From the NCBI GenBank assembly GCA_030583805.1, contig CP129476.1, positions 818,497 to 882,496 of the forward strand: a DNA stretch of 64,000 bases, in the 5' to 3' direction. Below, one piece after another: positions 37,255-46,504 of this stretch (position 1 is the first letter of the stretch; each line of letters starts with the position of its first letter). Origin of the DNA: Patescibacteria group bacterium. GTDB taxonomy: Bacteria > Patescibacteriota > Patescibacteriia > SG8-24 > DYFX01. A program made the translations under genes and the position numbers. The notes beneath the pieces are model-generated. The model searched no databases and was not told the DNA's origin. It saw nothing but the letters and a program-made list of their open reading frames with translations.

Positions 37255-38061
37255 ATGGTTATCGAGACGTTTATCGTCGTTTCAGGCGTGTGCATCGGTT
37301 ACGCTGTCGCGCGCTTCCAGCGTCGGCACCAGATGCGACGTCAGAAGCAATTGCTGCCCTCTCCGAGACCCGTGCCCGAGCTTCCGCCGCCGGACGAGAG
37401 AACGCCGGGAGAATGCAACGCGCAGTTCAAGCGGATGCTTGAAGCCTGCGGATTCCGCATATTCCAGTGGGGAGTGAAGCCCGGCCGTTTTGAAAACGGC
37501 TCGCTCACCATCGCCAACCGCGAATTCGAAGCCGTGACGCCCGAAATGCACGGCTGGCGCATCGCCTACAAGCTGCCTGTTCATACGGAGTGCTGCAACC
37601 AATACTATTGGTGGCGCCTCGCCCAGCCGTTCAGCCGCGAAGAACGTGTTCCGAACGGATTGATGGACGAGATCGTCAGGCATGAAGGTCCGGGACTTGG
37701 CCCGCGCGTCTGCGCCAAGTGCGGCCGCATCGAGCGCGACTACGACGGCGCGCTCGAAGGGGTCGGCGGATTCGTCGGCCGGGCTAAGAACATCTTTCCG
37801 GTGCTGAACGAGTACATATGCCGCGAAAGGGTTTCGGCGGATCATGCGCGCCTCGCCATCTTGAGGCAAGAATCGAATGCGCTGGAACGCCGGCGCTACG
37901 AGGTCATGTGGGAGCTCGTTCAGCTGGAGCACCGGTTGGGTACGAAGGACAATACTTCCCCCTATCGCGATGCGCTCTCTTCCGGGGTCGATCAATCCTC
38001 TTCGAAAGAGGATGATCCCAAAAAGTTGCCTCGCCTTCGAAGCGGTCAGTATGATACGTAA
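37255..38061 (+). CDS. Hypothetical membrane-anchored protein (start uncertain; 37210 is an alternative).
   Basis: TM MVIETFIVVSGVCIGYAV; multiple Cys (CAKCGRIE). Confidence 0.4.
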   Translation: MVIETFIVVSGVCIGYAVARFQRRHQMRRQKQLLPSPRPVPELPPPDERTPGECNAQFKRMLEACGFRIFQWGVKPGRFENGSLTIANREFEAVTPEMHGWRIAYKLPVHTECCNQYYWWRLAQPFSREERVPNGLMDEIVRHEGPGLGPRVCAKCGRIERDYDGALEGVGGFVGRAKNIFPVLNEYICRERVSADHARLAILRQESNALERRRYEVMWELVQLEHRLGTKDNTSPYRDALSSGVDQSSSKEDDPKKLPRLRSGQYDT

Positions 38062-38090
38062 AGACCCCGATCTGATCGGGGTCCTTTTCT
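38062..38090. terminator. Bidirectional terminator.
   Basis: gaccccgatc-tgatcggggtc followed by cttttctttt. Confidence 0.45.
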
Positions 38091-38091
38091 T

Positions 38092-40395
38092 TTACACGGC
38101 AACGGTTTTCTGTCCCTTGATGCGCTCCGCGTCTTCGAGCTGGAGCGAGAGGATTGAAGATGTGGAATCTTCGCCCATGGTGACGCCGTAGAGCACCTGC
38201 GACTTCTGCATCGTGTAGCGGTTGTGCGTGATCACGAGGAACTGCGTCTTGTGCGAGAGCTCGTCGATGATCTTGGCGAAGCGCGCGGCGTTCGATTCGT
38301 CGAGCGCGGCGTCGACTTCGTCGAGCACCACGAAGGGCGAGGGGTTCGTCGTCATGATGGCGCAGATGAGCGCGATCGAGGTGAGGGCGCGCTCGCCGCC
38401 CGAGAGCATGTGGATCGACTTCACGCGTTTGCCGGGAGGATTCGCGTAGATTTCGAGGCCGAGCCAGGTTTCTTTCGGCGCGGCGGAAACGTCTTTCTTC
38501 ACTTCTTCCTCGATGCCGGCCGCTTCGTTGGCGGCGGCCTTCTCGGCTTCGGCGACTTCATCCTCCTCTTCTTCGCGCTCGATTTTTTCCAGAGAAGCGG
38601 CACCGCCGTCGAAGAGCTGCTTGAAGAATTCTCCGAAGTGCTGGTTGATGCGGCGGAACGAGGCGTCGGACTGTTTTTTGATCAGGACGTCGAGCTCCTC
38701 GATCATCACGACGAGCGAGGCCTTCGTCTTGTGCAGGTCCTCGACCTGGCCGGAAAGGAAGTCGAAGCGTTCTTTGATCTCCTTGTATTCGTCGACCACG
38801 GCCTGGTCGATCGAGCCGATCGCGGCGACCTGCGTGCGCAGTTGGTGGAGGCGGGGAGAGAGGGTGAGCGCGTCGACTTTCTGCGCCGGTTCGGCGGAAA
38901 GCGCGGCCATGGCCTCGTCGCCCATCATTTCCTTGGCTTCGCGCTCGACCGTTTCTTTGCGGGTTTCAATGCGCGCGCGCTCGACGCGGTGGTCGGAGAG
39001 GTGGCGGTCGAGTTCGAAGAGCTCGCCCTGGAACGACTGCATTTTGCGCTGAATCTCGAAGAAGGCGCCGCGCTTCTTGGCTTCCTCTTGGCCCCACTGC
39101 TGCATCTGGGTTTGGAGATCGGTCAGCGCTTTGCCCATCGAGGCGATGGCGGCAAGCGTTTCCTCCAACTCTTTCTGCATGGCGGCCGGGACGACGGGCT
39201 CTTTCTTTTCCTGCTTGCCCTTGTGGCCGGGCTCCTTCAGTTCGGAGAGCAGTTCGTTGATCTGCTTGCCGAGCTTTTCGAGCTCGTGCGCCGCTTGTTG
39301 CGCCTGTTCGAGCGTTTCGGCGTTCAGGATCGAGGAAACCAATTCGTCATGGCGTTCGGAAATCGCCGAGACTTCTTCGACGATGCGGGGGAGCGGCATC
39401 GGCAGCGCGGGCGCGTTGGCCGCTTGCGCCTTCATCTGTTCCATCCGGATCTGGTTCTTGAGCTGGATTTCCTTTTCGCGCAAACCGTTGCGCTTCTCCA
39501 TCTCCTTTTCGTATTCCTTTTGGAGCGCGATCAAGCCGTCGGACTTCGTTTCTTCCGTTTCCATGCCGGCGAGTTCGGCGCGGATCGCTTCGATCTCTTT
39601 CTCTTTGGCCTTGCGGCTTTCTTCGACCGTTTTCGTCTTCGCGTCGATCGCGGCAAGCTCCTCCTTGATTTGCTTCCACTGCGTGCCGAAGTAGAGGACC
39701 GAAAGCTCCTGGAGTTCTTTTTCCAGATTGGCGCGCTCTTCCAAGCGGCGCACTTGGCGCGAGAGGGAGCGCATGCGCGGTTCGATCTCGGCGAGGATGA
39801 GCTCGGCCTGTTTCAAGTTTTCTTCCGAAGCGTCGAGCTTGCGGACGGAGGCTTCGCGCTTCAGCTGGTATTGCTTCACGCCGGCGGCTTCGTCGAAAAA
39901 TTCCTTGCGCTCCTTGGGCGAAGCGACGAGGATCGCATCGATCATGCCTTGGCCGATGACGGAGTAGGTGCGCTGGCCGAAGTTGGCGCGCGCGAGGAGC
40001 AGGATGACTTCCTGCAGCTTCACCTTGTTTTTGTTGATCAGGTACTCCGATTCGCCGTCGCGGTAGATGCGGCGCGTGATGACGACTTCCGGATACTCGA
40101 TGTCGTTGCCGCCCGCTTCGTTGTTCAGCGCCAGCGAGACTTCGGCGAAACCCGAGCGCGAGCGCTTTTCGGAACCGCTGAAGATGACGTCTTCGGATTT
40201 CTTGCCGCGCAGGAGCTTCAAGGACTGCTCGCCCAAGACCCAGCGGACGGCGTCGGCGATGTTGGACTTGCCGGAACCGTTCGGGCCGACGATCGCGGTC
40301 GTGCCGCGGTTGCCTTCTTTCGGAGGGAGGAATTCCAAGACCGTGCGGTTGGCGAACGTCTTGAAACCCTGCATTTCGATGCGCTGGAGATACAT
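38092..40395 (-). CDS. smc: SMC-family chromosome segregation ATPase, short (767 aa) form without an obvious hinge.
   Basis: Canonical N-terminal head (GPNGSGKSN, RTYSVIGQG) and C-terminal head (LSGGERALTSIAL ... VVLDEVDAALD), with only about 430 aa of coiled-coil between them. Confidence 0.8.
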   Translation of the reverse strand: MYLQRIEMQGFKTFANRTVLEFLPPKEGNRGTTAIVGPNGSGKSNIADAVRWVLGEQSLKLLRGKKSEDVIFSGSEKRSRSGFAEVSLALNNEAGGNDIEYPEVVITRRIYRDGESEYLINKNKVKLQEVILLLARANFGQRTYSVIGQGMIDAILVASPKERKEFFDEAAGVKQYQLKREASVRKLDASEENLKQAELILAEIEPRMRSLSRQVRRLEERANLEKELQELSVLYFGTQWKQIKEELAAIDAKTKTVEESRKAKEKEIEAIRAELAGMETEETKSDGLIALQKEYEKEMEKRNGLREKEIQLKNQIRMEQMKAQAANAPALPMPLPRIVEEVSAISERHDELVSSILNAETLEQAQQAAHELEKLGKQINELLSELKEPGHKGKQEKKEPVVPAAMQKELEETLAAIASMGKALTDLQTQMQQWGQEEAKKRGAFFEIQRKMQSFQGELFELDRHLSDHRVERARIETRKETVEREAKEMMGDEAMAALSAEPAQKVDALTLSPRLHQLRTQVAAIGSIDQAVVDEYKEIKERFDFLSGQVEDLHKTKASLVVMIEELDVLIKKQSDASFRRINQHFGEFFKQLFDGGAASLEKIEREEEEDEVAEAEKAAANEAAGIEEEVKKDVSAAPKETWLGLEIYANPPGKRVKSIHMLSGGERALTSIALICAIMTTNPSPFVVLDEVDAALDESNAARFAKIIDELSHKTQFLVITHNRYTMQKSQVLYGVTMGEDSTSSILSLQLEDAERIKGQKTVAV

Positions 40396-40496
40396 GGGGA
40401 AAGGCGGCTAAATACCTCCTTAAAGTACCTGTAATGGCTTGACGTTTCAAGCGGCGGGGGCGATGCTGGGGGCGTCCTTTGCCAAGAGGAGGAGTC

Positions 40497-41135
40497 ATGA
40501 TTCGCAAACTCCGCGACCTCGATGAGAGCACGGTTCTTGCCGACGGCCCGCTGTTCGACCTGCCGAAGGCGCTCGCGTGCGCGCTCGCCATCCTCCGAAC
40601 GCTCATGCAGCGCGCGCAGATGCGCTTTCCGGACAGCGATCCGCCCACGTACATGTTCGCTTCGGAGGGCGTGGAACTGCCGTTCGAAGACGAAAGCCCC
40701 GGGTACATCGCCTGGACGTTCGAGGAGTGTAAGTTCACGCGGTACGACGTCGCGCCGCTCTACTACGAGGTGCAATTCGGACCGTTCATGGCGCATTTGT
40801 ACCTGCTCGGCTTCGACTGCCTGGTCGGGCCGACGATCAACTGCCAGACGCGCTTCGAGCTCAATTGGGATCGTCTCGATCCGACGCCGCTCATGCTCAT
40901 CATGCCGCGCGAGGGGCTGACGGAGGCTTTCGAGCAAGAGGAGCTCGCATTCCTCACGAAGCACTTCGCCGGCAGCTTGCCTGCGGGCGTCATCTGGAAC
41001 CCCACGGAGACGGAAGAGGACGGTTCGGCGCTCGCGATCCATTTCCCGCATGCCGCGTTCGGCAAGGGCGAAGGCACGATGCGCATCTACCGGATTCTCG
41101 ACGTCTCGGAGCTGCTGCAGGAGCAAGAGCCATGA
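40497..41135 (+). CDS. Hypothetical protein, tandem paralog A.
   Basis: Starts at MIRKLRDL; C-terminal HAAFGKGEGTMRIYRI. Confidence 0.45.
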   Translation: MIRKLRDLDESTVLADGPLFDLPKALACALAILRTLMQRAQMRFPDSDPPTYMFASEGVELPFEDESPGYIAWTFEECKFTRYDVAPLYYEVQFGPFMAHLYLLGFDCLVGPTINCQTRFELNWDRLDPTPLMLIMPREGLTEAFEQEELAFLTKHFAGSLPAGVIWNPTETEEDGSALAIHFPHAAFGKGEGTMRIYRILDVSELLQEQEP

Positions 41136-41815
41136 TCCGCTTCATTACGCCGACGGATTTTCCCGGTGTTGTCGCGGCCGAAGGGCCGGTGTACGACTTC
41201 GAGCGCGTGCTCGATTCCGGCTTCAGGATGTTGCGCGTCTTCCACGACGCCATCCGCGCCAGGCATCCGCGCGCCCGCTGTACGGCGATCGTTCCCGGCG
41301 GCCCCAGGTGGCCGTTCTATACCAGCTCGGTCGAGATGATGATGCGCGAGGAGATGCGCGAGCTGAAGAAGGAGTTCGACGTCGCGGGCGATGCCTGCAC
41401 GCTCGATGCCTGGCCGTACCACGCCGCGTTCTCCCCGATGGGGAGCGAGTCGCTGCTCAGAAGGCACGGCGAGCTCACGACCCCGAACGGCAACAATCCG
41501 TCCGAGCTCGATACGGCGCCGCAGCTCGCGGTCATGCGCAGCATGATCGGCGCCGACGGCGTTCCTGAAGAAGGACTGCTGCAGATGCTCGAAGGGATCT
41601 TCAATCCCTCAAAGAAGCCGCGGCAGGAGGAGAAGAGCGATCCGCCGCTTCAGCAGGCGCTGCGCGAAGAGGATCACGCGTTCTTCCGCGAGCTCTGGAC
41701 GCCGTTCGCCGAAGAGGGCGTCGTGCTGACCTACGGAGGCATGGTCGTCCAGGCGCGGTTTGATCACGCCGCCTTCGGCCTCGGCCGCGGCCCGCTCCGC
41801 ATCCAGGTCACCTGA
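41132..41815 (+). CDS. Hypothetical protein, tandem paralog B (ATGA start/stop overlap with A).
   Basis: Starts MIRFITPTDF; C-terminal HAAFGLGRGPLRIQV. Confidence 0.45.
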   Translation: MIRFITPTDFPGVVAAEGPVYDFERVLDSGFRMLRVFHDAIRARHPRARCTAIVPGGPRWPFYTSSVEMMMREEMRELKKEFDVAGDACTLDAWPYHAAFSPMGSESLLRRHGELTTPNGNNPSELDTAPQLAVMRSMIGADGVPEEGLLQMLEGIFNPSKKPRQEEKSDPPLQQALREEDHAFFRELWTPFAEEGVVLTYGGMVVQARFDHAAFGLGRGPLRIQVT

Positions 41816-41818
41816 CCC

Positions 41819-41850
41819 CGTCATCTTGACGGGGTTTTTTCTTTTTCGTA
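41819..41850 (+). terminator. Intrinsic terminator.
   Basis: ccccgtcatcttgacgggg followed by ttttttcttttt. Confidence 0.5.
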
Positions 41851-41868
41851 TTGTTACCGGCCGTACGT

Positions 41869-42873
41869 ATGCAACATCGCGCCGCGTCACAACAGATTTT
41901 CCAAAAGCTTTCCACTGCGCGGAAGCCGATTCTGGTTGCGCATCGCAAGCCCGACGGCGACACGCTGGGCGCCATGATGGCTGTTTTCAATTGGCTTCGC
42001 GATCAGGGGCGTGCTGCGCACGCCTTTTGCGTCGACGAGCCGGCTTCGGTCTATGCCTACTTTCCGCGCATTCGTGCCGTTCAAACGGATCCGCAAGTGT
42101 TTCAGGATGAAGAGGTCGACATGATCTGCGTGTTCGATGCGGGCGACTTGAAATACGCCGGCATCGACGCCTTCGTCGAGGCGATGCCGAAGCGGCCATA
42201 CATCGCCGATTTCGATCACCACATCACCAATACGCTCTTTGGCGACGGCAATTTGGTCATCACGAACGCGTCTTCGACGGCCGAAGTCGTGCATGAATTT
42301 TTCGACGACAACAACGTCGAGATCTCGCGTTCGATGGCGACGTGCCTCATGACCGGGCTTCTGACCGACACCTCGAACTTCTCGAATCCGGCCACGACGG
42401 TGAAGAGTCTCGAGATCGCTTCTGAACTTCTTCTGAAAGGCGTTTCGATCCGCGACATCACGAAGAGGCTCATGCGCAACAAGCCGTTCGACGCGCTGAA
42501 ACTTTGGGGCCGCGCGCTCGAGCGCTTGCGCTGGGATCCGGAAAAGAAACTCGCGTCGACCGCGCTTTTCCGCGAAGACTTCCAGGACCACCCCATCGAA
42601 GACGAATACATGGAAGGCCTCTCGAATTTTTTGAATCATCTGCTCCAGGCCGACGTCGTGCTCGTGCTGAAGGAGACGGAGAAGAACAAGGTGAAGGGCA
42701 GTTATCGCAGCGCCACCGATACCGACGTCGCCGAAATGGCCAAAGCGTACGGCGGCGGCGGACACCGCAAAGCGGCGGGCTTCCTGGTCGACGGCGCGAT
42801 CGTCGAACGTCCCGACGGCTGGATCGTCCAGCAAAGCGATCTCGGGCGGCAATTCGAACTTCCGGCGATTTAA
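41869..42873 (+). CDS. nrnA: DHH/DHHA1 phosphoesterase (NrnA-like oligoribonuclease / pAp phosphatase).
   Basis: Starts at MQHRAASQ; DFDHHITN (DHH motif) and GGGGHRKAAG (DHHA1). Confidence 0.8.
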   Translation: MQHRAASQQIFQKLSTARKPILVAHRKPDGDTLGAMMAVFNWLRDQGRAAHAFCVDEPASVYAYFPRIRAVQTDPQVFQDEEVDMICVFDAGDLKYAGIDAFVEAMPKRPYIADFDHHITNTLFGDGNLVITNASSTAEVVHEFFDDNNVEISRSMATCLMTGLLTDTSNFSNPATTVKSLEIASELLLKGVSIRDITKRLMRNKPFDALKLWGRALERLRWDPEKKLASTALFREDFQDHPIEDEYMEGLSNFLNHLLQADVVLVLKETEKNKVKGSYRSATDTDVAEMAKAYGGGGHRKAAGFLVDGAIVERPDGWIVQQSDLGRQFELPAI

Positions 42874-42896
42874 AAAAGCCTCCGCATGTCGGAGGC

Positions 42897-43658
42897 TTAT
42901 GTGTTCGAGGACTCGATCTGGACGATCATCCCCATCAAGGAAAGCAGACCTTCCCTTGCGAAGGTGAAGCGCAGACAGTAGTGCATGAGGACGACGATCG
43001 CTCGGCCGAGCGGTTCTTCAAGCGTGGCGAACTTGGAGAAGCCGTAGACGATCAGGCCCATGAACTCTGGCGGAAAAGAGGCGTGCACTTCTTCGTCATT
43101 TCCACCGCTCTCTTTCAGGTCGGCAAAAGAGTAGCAGCCCTGCAGTAGTGACCCACCTTCCTTCGTCGGCACGGCATACGTATACACGTATGCGCGTCCC
43201 TTTCGCGCGGCGCGCCGGTCGAGGTCGTTGCTGCCTTCGCGGGTCAAACCGTGCAGGCATTCTTCGACGAAGCGGGTGCCGACACTGCCGGCGAGGGATT
43301 TCAGCAACCTGTTGCCTCGCCACTCAGACGGATGAGGGCGCCGGCCGGCATCAGGTTCGTAGCACGTCTTGCACACGACCTCGAGCAGGAACCGTGCTAC
43401 CACGGACGGCTCGAGGTTCATGCCCGTCACGTGCGCTTGAATCAGGTCGATGGGCCATCCGTACGACAGCATCGTGATGGCGACGGCGTGCCGGAGCGAA
43501 GCCTGATTAATGCGGGTAACCGATTCGTCTTGGTCATCTACGCCATGGGATGGCGTGCGAGCCGTCCAGCCAGGGACCAGCTCCGTGTCCTTGGTGAGCT
43601 TGGCGAACTCGGCACGAAGGTTCTGAACGTATGCAATGAACGGGGTAGGCGTCTGCAC
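42897..43658 (-). CDS. Hypothetical protein.
   Basis: 253-aa ORF; no recognisable domain. Confidence 0.4.
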   Translation of the reverse strand: MQTPTPFIAYVQNLRAEFAKLTKDTELVPGWTARTPSHGVDDQDESVTRINQASLRHAVAITMLSYGWPIDLIQAHVTGMNLEPSVVARFLLEVVCKTCYEPDAGRRPHPSEWRGNRLLKSLAGSVGTRFVEECLHGLTREGSNDLDRRAARKGRAYVYTYAVPTKEGGSLLQGCYSFADLKESGGNDEEVHASFPPEFMGLIVYGFSKFATLEEPLGRAIVVLMHYCLRFTFAREGLLSLMGMIVQIESSNT

Positions 43659-43746
43659 GATAGCTCTCCTGTGTGGTGCGCGGAAAGCTTAGGAGGACAA
43701 GATGCCTTTGTCAAAGCGCCGGTGGGCGCGATATACTGAAACTGAT

Positions 43747-44364
<618 letters not shown>

Positions 44365-44380
44365 CTGCGAAAAAAAATAA

Positions 44381-44412
44381 GAGAGCCGGCCCGAGGGGGC
44401 TGGCTCTTTGCG
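44381..44412. terminator. Strong bidirectional terminator closing the minus-strand islet.
   Basis: agagccggcccgagggggctggctct, followed by ttgcgtt on the plus strand and by ttatttttttt on the minus strand. Confidence 0.55.
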
Positions 44413-44423
44413 TTCCGGCCGAG

Positions 44424-44657
44424 TTACGGCTGGAACGTCTTGTCGTCGGGTCCGAGTCTGTCGGGCCCGTCGAGCGAGTCGTGGATCATCCGCTCGAAGC
44501 GGTCGGTGTCCTCGATGGTGACGGGGATGGTACCGAGCGGCTGATCGGGATCGATGCCGTCGAAGACGGGATCGGCGCTCGGCTCGGCATCGTTCTCCGC
44601 GAGGTAGCGGAGGATGGCCTGGTCGAGGCTGTCGTCGGGCGGAACCTGATTCTTCAT
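44424..44657 (-). CDS. Islet ORF 9: small, highly acidic protein (77 aa).
   Basis: Asp/Pro-rich; its start overlaps the stop of the upstream gene by 4 nt. Confidence 0.45.
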   Translation of the reverse strand: MKNQVPPDDSLDQAILRYLAENDAEPSADPVFDGIDPDQPLGTIPVTIEDTDRFERMIHDSLDGPDRLGPDDKTFQP

Positions 44658-44908
44658 CGGATGCCTCCTTCTGCGAGGGCGAGGTTGGGCCCGTTCTCGT
44701 GGAACGGGACGTTGGTGGCGGGGATCGCCTTGTTGGTCGCCGGGTCGTGACGGCTCAGCTCAGCGTCCACCGTGCTTCCGGTCTCGTGGAGACCGTACGC
44801 GACGGCGCTGACCATGAGGAACACCATGACCGTGACGAACGTCTGGATGATCCAGGTGTTGAACTCGGTACGGTACCGGAGTCCGGTCTTCTGGGCGGTT
44901 TCGTCCAT
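44654..44908 (-). CDS. Islet ORF 8: single-TM small protein (84 aa).
   Basis: TM IIQTFVTVMVFLMVSAVAYGL. Confidence 0.45.
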   Translation of the reverse strand: MDETAQKTGLRYRTEFNTWIIQTFVTVMVFLMVSAVAYGLHETGSTVDAELSRHDPATNKAIPATNVPFHENGPNLALAEGGIR

Positions 44909-44923
44909 GTACGGTTCTCCGTG

Positions 44924-45355
44924 CTAGCGGTTGTCGCGCGGCTTGCTCGTGTCGTAGGCGGCCAGGAGCAAGCTCCGCCGCTCGTCGACGATGAACAAGA
45001 TCTTGATCTCGAAGTCCTTGAGCATCGTGTTGCCGTTCACGTCCGGGACCTTCTCATCGTTCATGTAGAAGGGTCGGGAGAGACTGAAGTCGCTCGCGAG
45101 CTCGCAGATGATCTCGCTGCGCTTCTCCTCGGGGTGAATGATGCCGCGCTCTTCGGACAGCCTGCGGTAGTTCCCGAACGCCTGCATCGTGACGAGCACC
45201 GTTCCGACATGCGGATTGGTGACGGTCACTGGCACGTTCGTGAGGCCGCAGGCGAGGATGTCGACGCCGTTCAGCATGAGATGGCCAGGCCGCTTGGGTC
45301 TCGGGTTGGGGGTGGAAGCGGGGGCTTCTGTGGCGATGGCACGCAGTGCGGGCAT
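44924..45355 (-). CDS. Islet ORF 7: hypothetical (143 aa).
   Basis: Preceded by intergenic element family 1, copy 1. Confidence 0.45.
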   Translation of the reverse strand: MPALRAIATEAPASTPNPRPKRPGHLMLNGVDILACGLTNVPVTVTNPHVGTVLVTMQAFGNYRRLSEERGIIHPEEKRSEIICELASDFSLSRPFYMNDEKVPDVNGNTMLKDFEIKILFIVDERRSLLLAAYDTSKPRDNR

Positions 45356-45394
45356 GGTGAACTCCGTCTGTGTGGTGGCGGGCGGTGAAGGAGC

Positions 45395-45480
45395 AGCCGT
45401 TTCAGGGCTCCGGCGTCCGGCAGAATTGCGCGGGCACCAGAGGCTGAAGTGGACACGATGTCCACCCAGAGGAAAGAACG
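45395..45480 (-). repeat. Conserved intergenic element family 1, copy 1 (contains the perfect palindrome GTGGACATCGTGTCCAC).
   Basis: About 85% identical to 46410-46498; lies between the stop of ORF 6 and the start of ORF 7. Confidence 0.6.
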
Positions 45481-45497
45481 AGGTGCGGCCGCGAACG

Positions 45498-46382
45498 TCA
45501 GGCGACGTTGGCCATCAGGTCGCGGGCGGCTTCGAGGTCGCAGGGATCCGCCATGGCCGCGGCCAAGGCGACGTGATCGGGGTTCTCGGGGTCGAGACCC
45601 TCGATCATCATGAACGCGAGGAGATCCGGATCGATCTTGGGCTCCTCGGCGGTGGCGTCCGCAACCTCGTGGGCGGCGTCGGTGTCGGCGACCGTCTCGG
45701 GCTCCGCAGCCTGGGGCGGGGTTTCCGTCTCGATGTCGTTCGCCGCTTGGGTCTGCATCACGTCCCGCGCGAGCGCCGCGAGCGGCGTCATCTTGGCACG
45801 AGCCTTCGCGCGTTTGTCGAGCTCGATCACGACCTTCTCGGCGAGCGCCATCATCGCATCGAGCTTGTCGAGCTGACCCTGGTGGGCCCGCTCGGCGCGC
45901 TCGATCTGCAGCGTATGCCGGATCTTGCCGGCCTCACGCTTGTACTGCTCGGCCAGCACCGTCGGATAGTACGCGGCCCAGAGTTCGAGGTGCGTCGCCC
46001 GGCGCTCCAAGTTGGAGGACGTGAGCGCGGCGATCTCGGACTGGAACTCCGCGGCCTTCCGCAGCTTCTTCATCGTACGCGTGTACGACAGCTGGCGCTC
46101 CAGACGCGCGATCTCCTGGTCGGTGCGCAGGGCGCACTCCCAGTTGTCGCGCATGCGGCGCTTGAGCTTGGCCGTCTCGGCGTCGCACGGCGGCTTTGCG
46201 TAGAACGCATCGAGCTGCGTCTTCATGCGCGCGATCTGCACCGGCGCGGTCTCGATCTCCAACGTGTAGACGGCGAGCGTCTTCAGGTCTTCGCCGAGCT
46301 TCATGCCGGTCTTGACGTCGCTGAGAACGAACTCGTCGATCTGGCGGCACAGGTTGCGGAAACGGTTCAGGGTGTTCGTCAC
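45498..46382 (-). CDS. Islet ORF 6: coiled-coil protein with an acidic C-terminal region (294 aa, GTG start).
   Basis: Heptad-rich (LERQLSYTRTMKKLRKAAEF ...); RBS gaggtg. Confidence 0.5.
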   Translation of the reverse strand: MTNTLNRFRNLCRQIDEFVLSDVKTGMKLGEDLKTLAVYTLEIETAPVQIARMKTQLDAFYAKPPCDAETAKLKRRMRDNWECALRTDQEIARLERQLSYTRTMKKLRKAAEFQSEIAALTSSNLERRATHLELWAAYYPTVLAEQYKREAGKIRHTLQIERAERAHQGQLDKLDAMMALAEKVVIELDKRAKARAKMTPLAALARDVMQTQAANDIETETPPQAAEPETVADTDAAHEVADATAEEPKIDPDLLAFMMIEGLDPENPDHVALAAAMADPCDLEAARDLMANVA

Positions 46383-46409
46383 GGTGCACCTCGCTTGGTC
46401 AATGAACGT

Positions 46410-46498
46410 TGCGGTTCAGGGCTTCGGCGTCCGGCGGTATTGCGCGGGCGTCGGAGGCTGAAGAGGACACGATGTCCTCCCAGAGGGACGAAGAAAGG
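46410..46498 (-). repeat. Conserved intergenic element family 1, copy 2 (palindrome GAGGACATCGTGTCCTC).
   Basis: Same architecture as copy 1; the outermost palindrome positions differ in both arms so that the palindrome stays perfect. Confidence 0.6.
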
Positions 46499-46504
46499 AG
46501 CGGC

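Noticed and set aside
38224-40434. 736-aa plus-strand ORF.
   Set aside because: Antisense to smc. Repetitive R/E/F/L composition, not a real gene.
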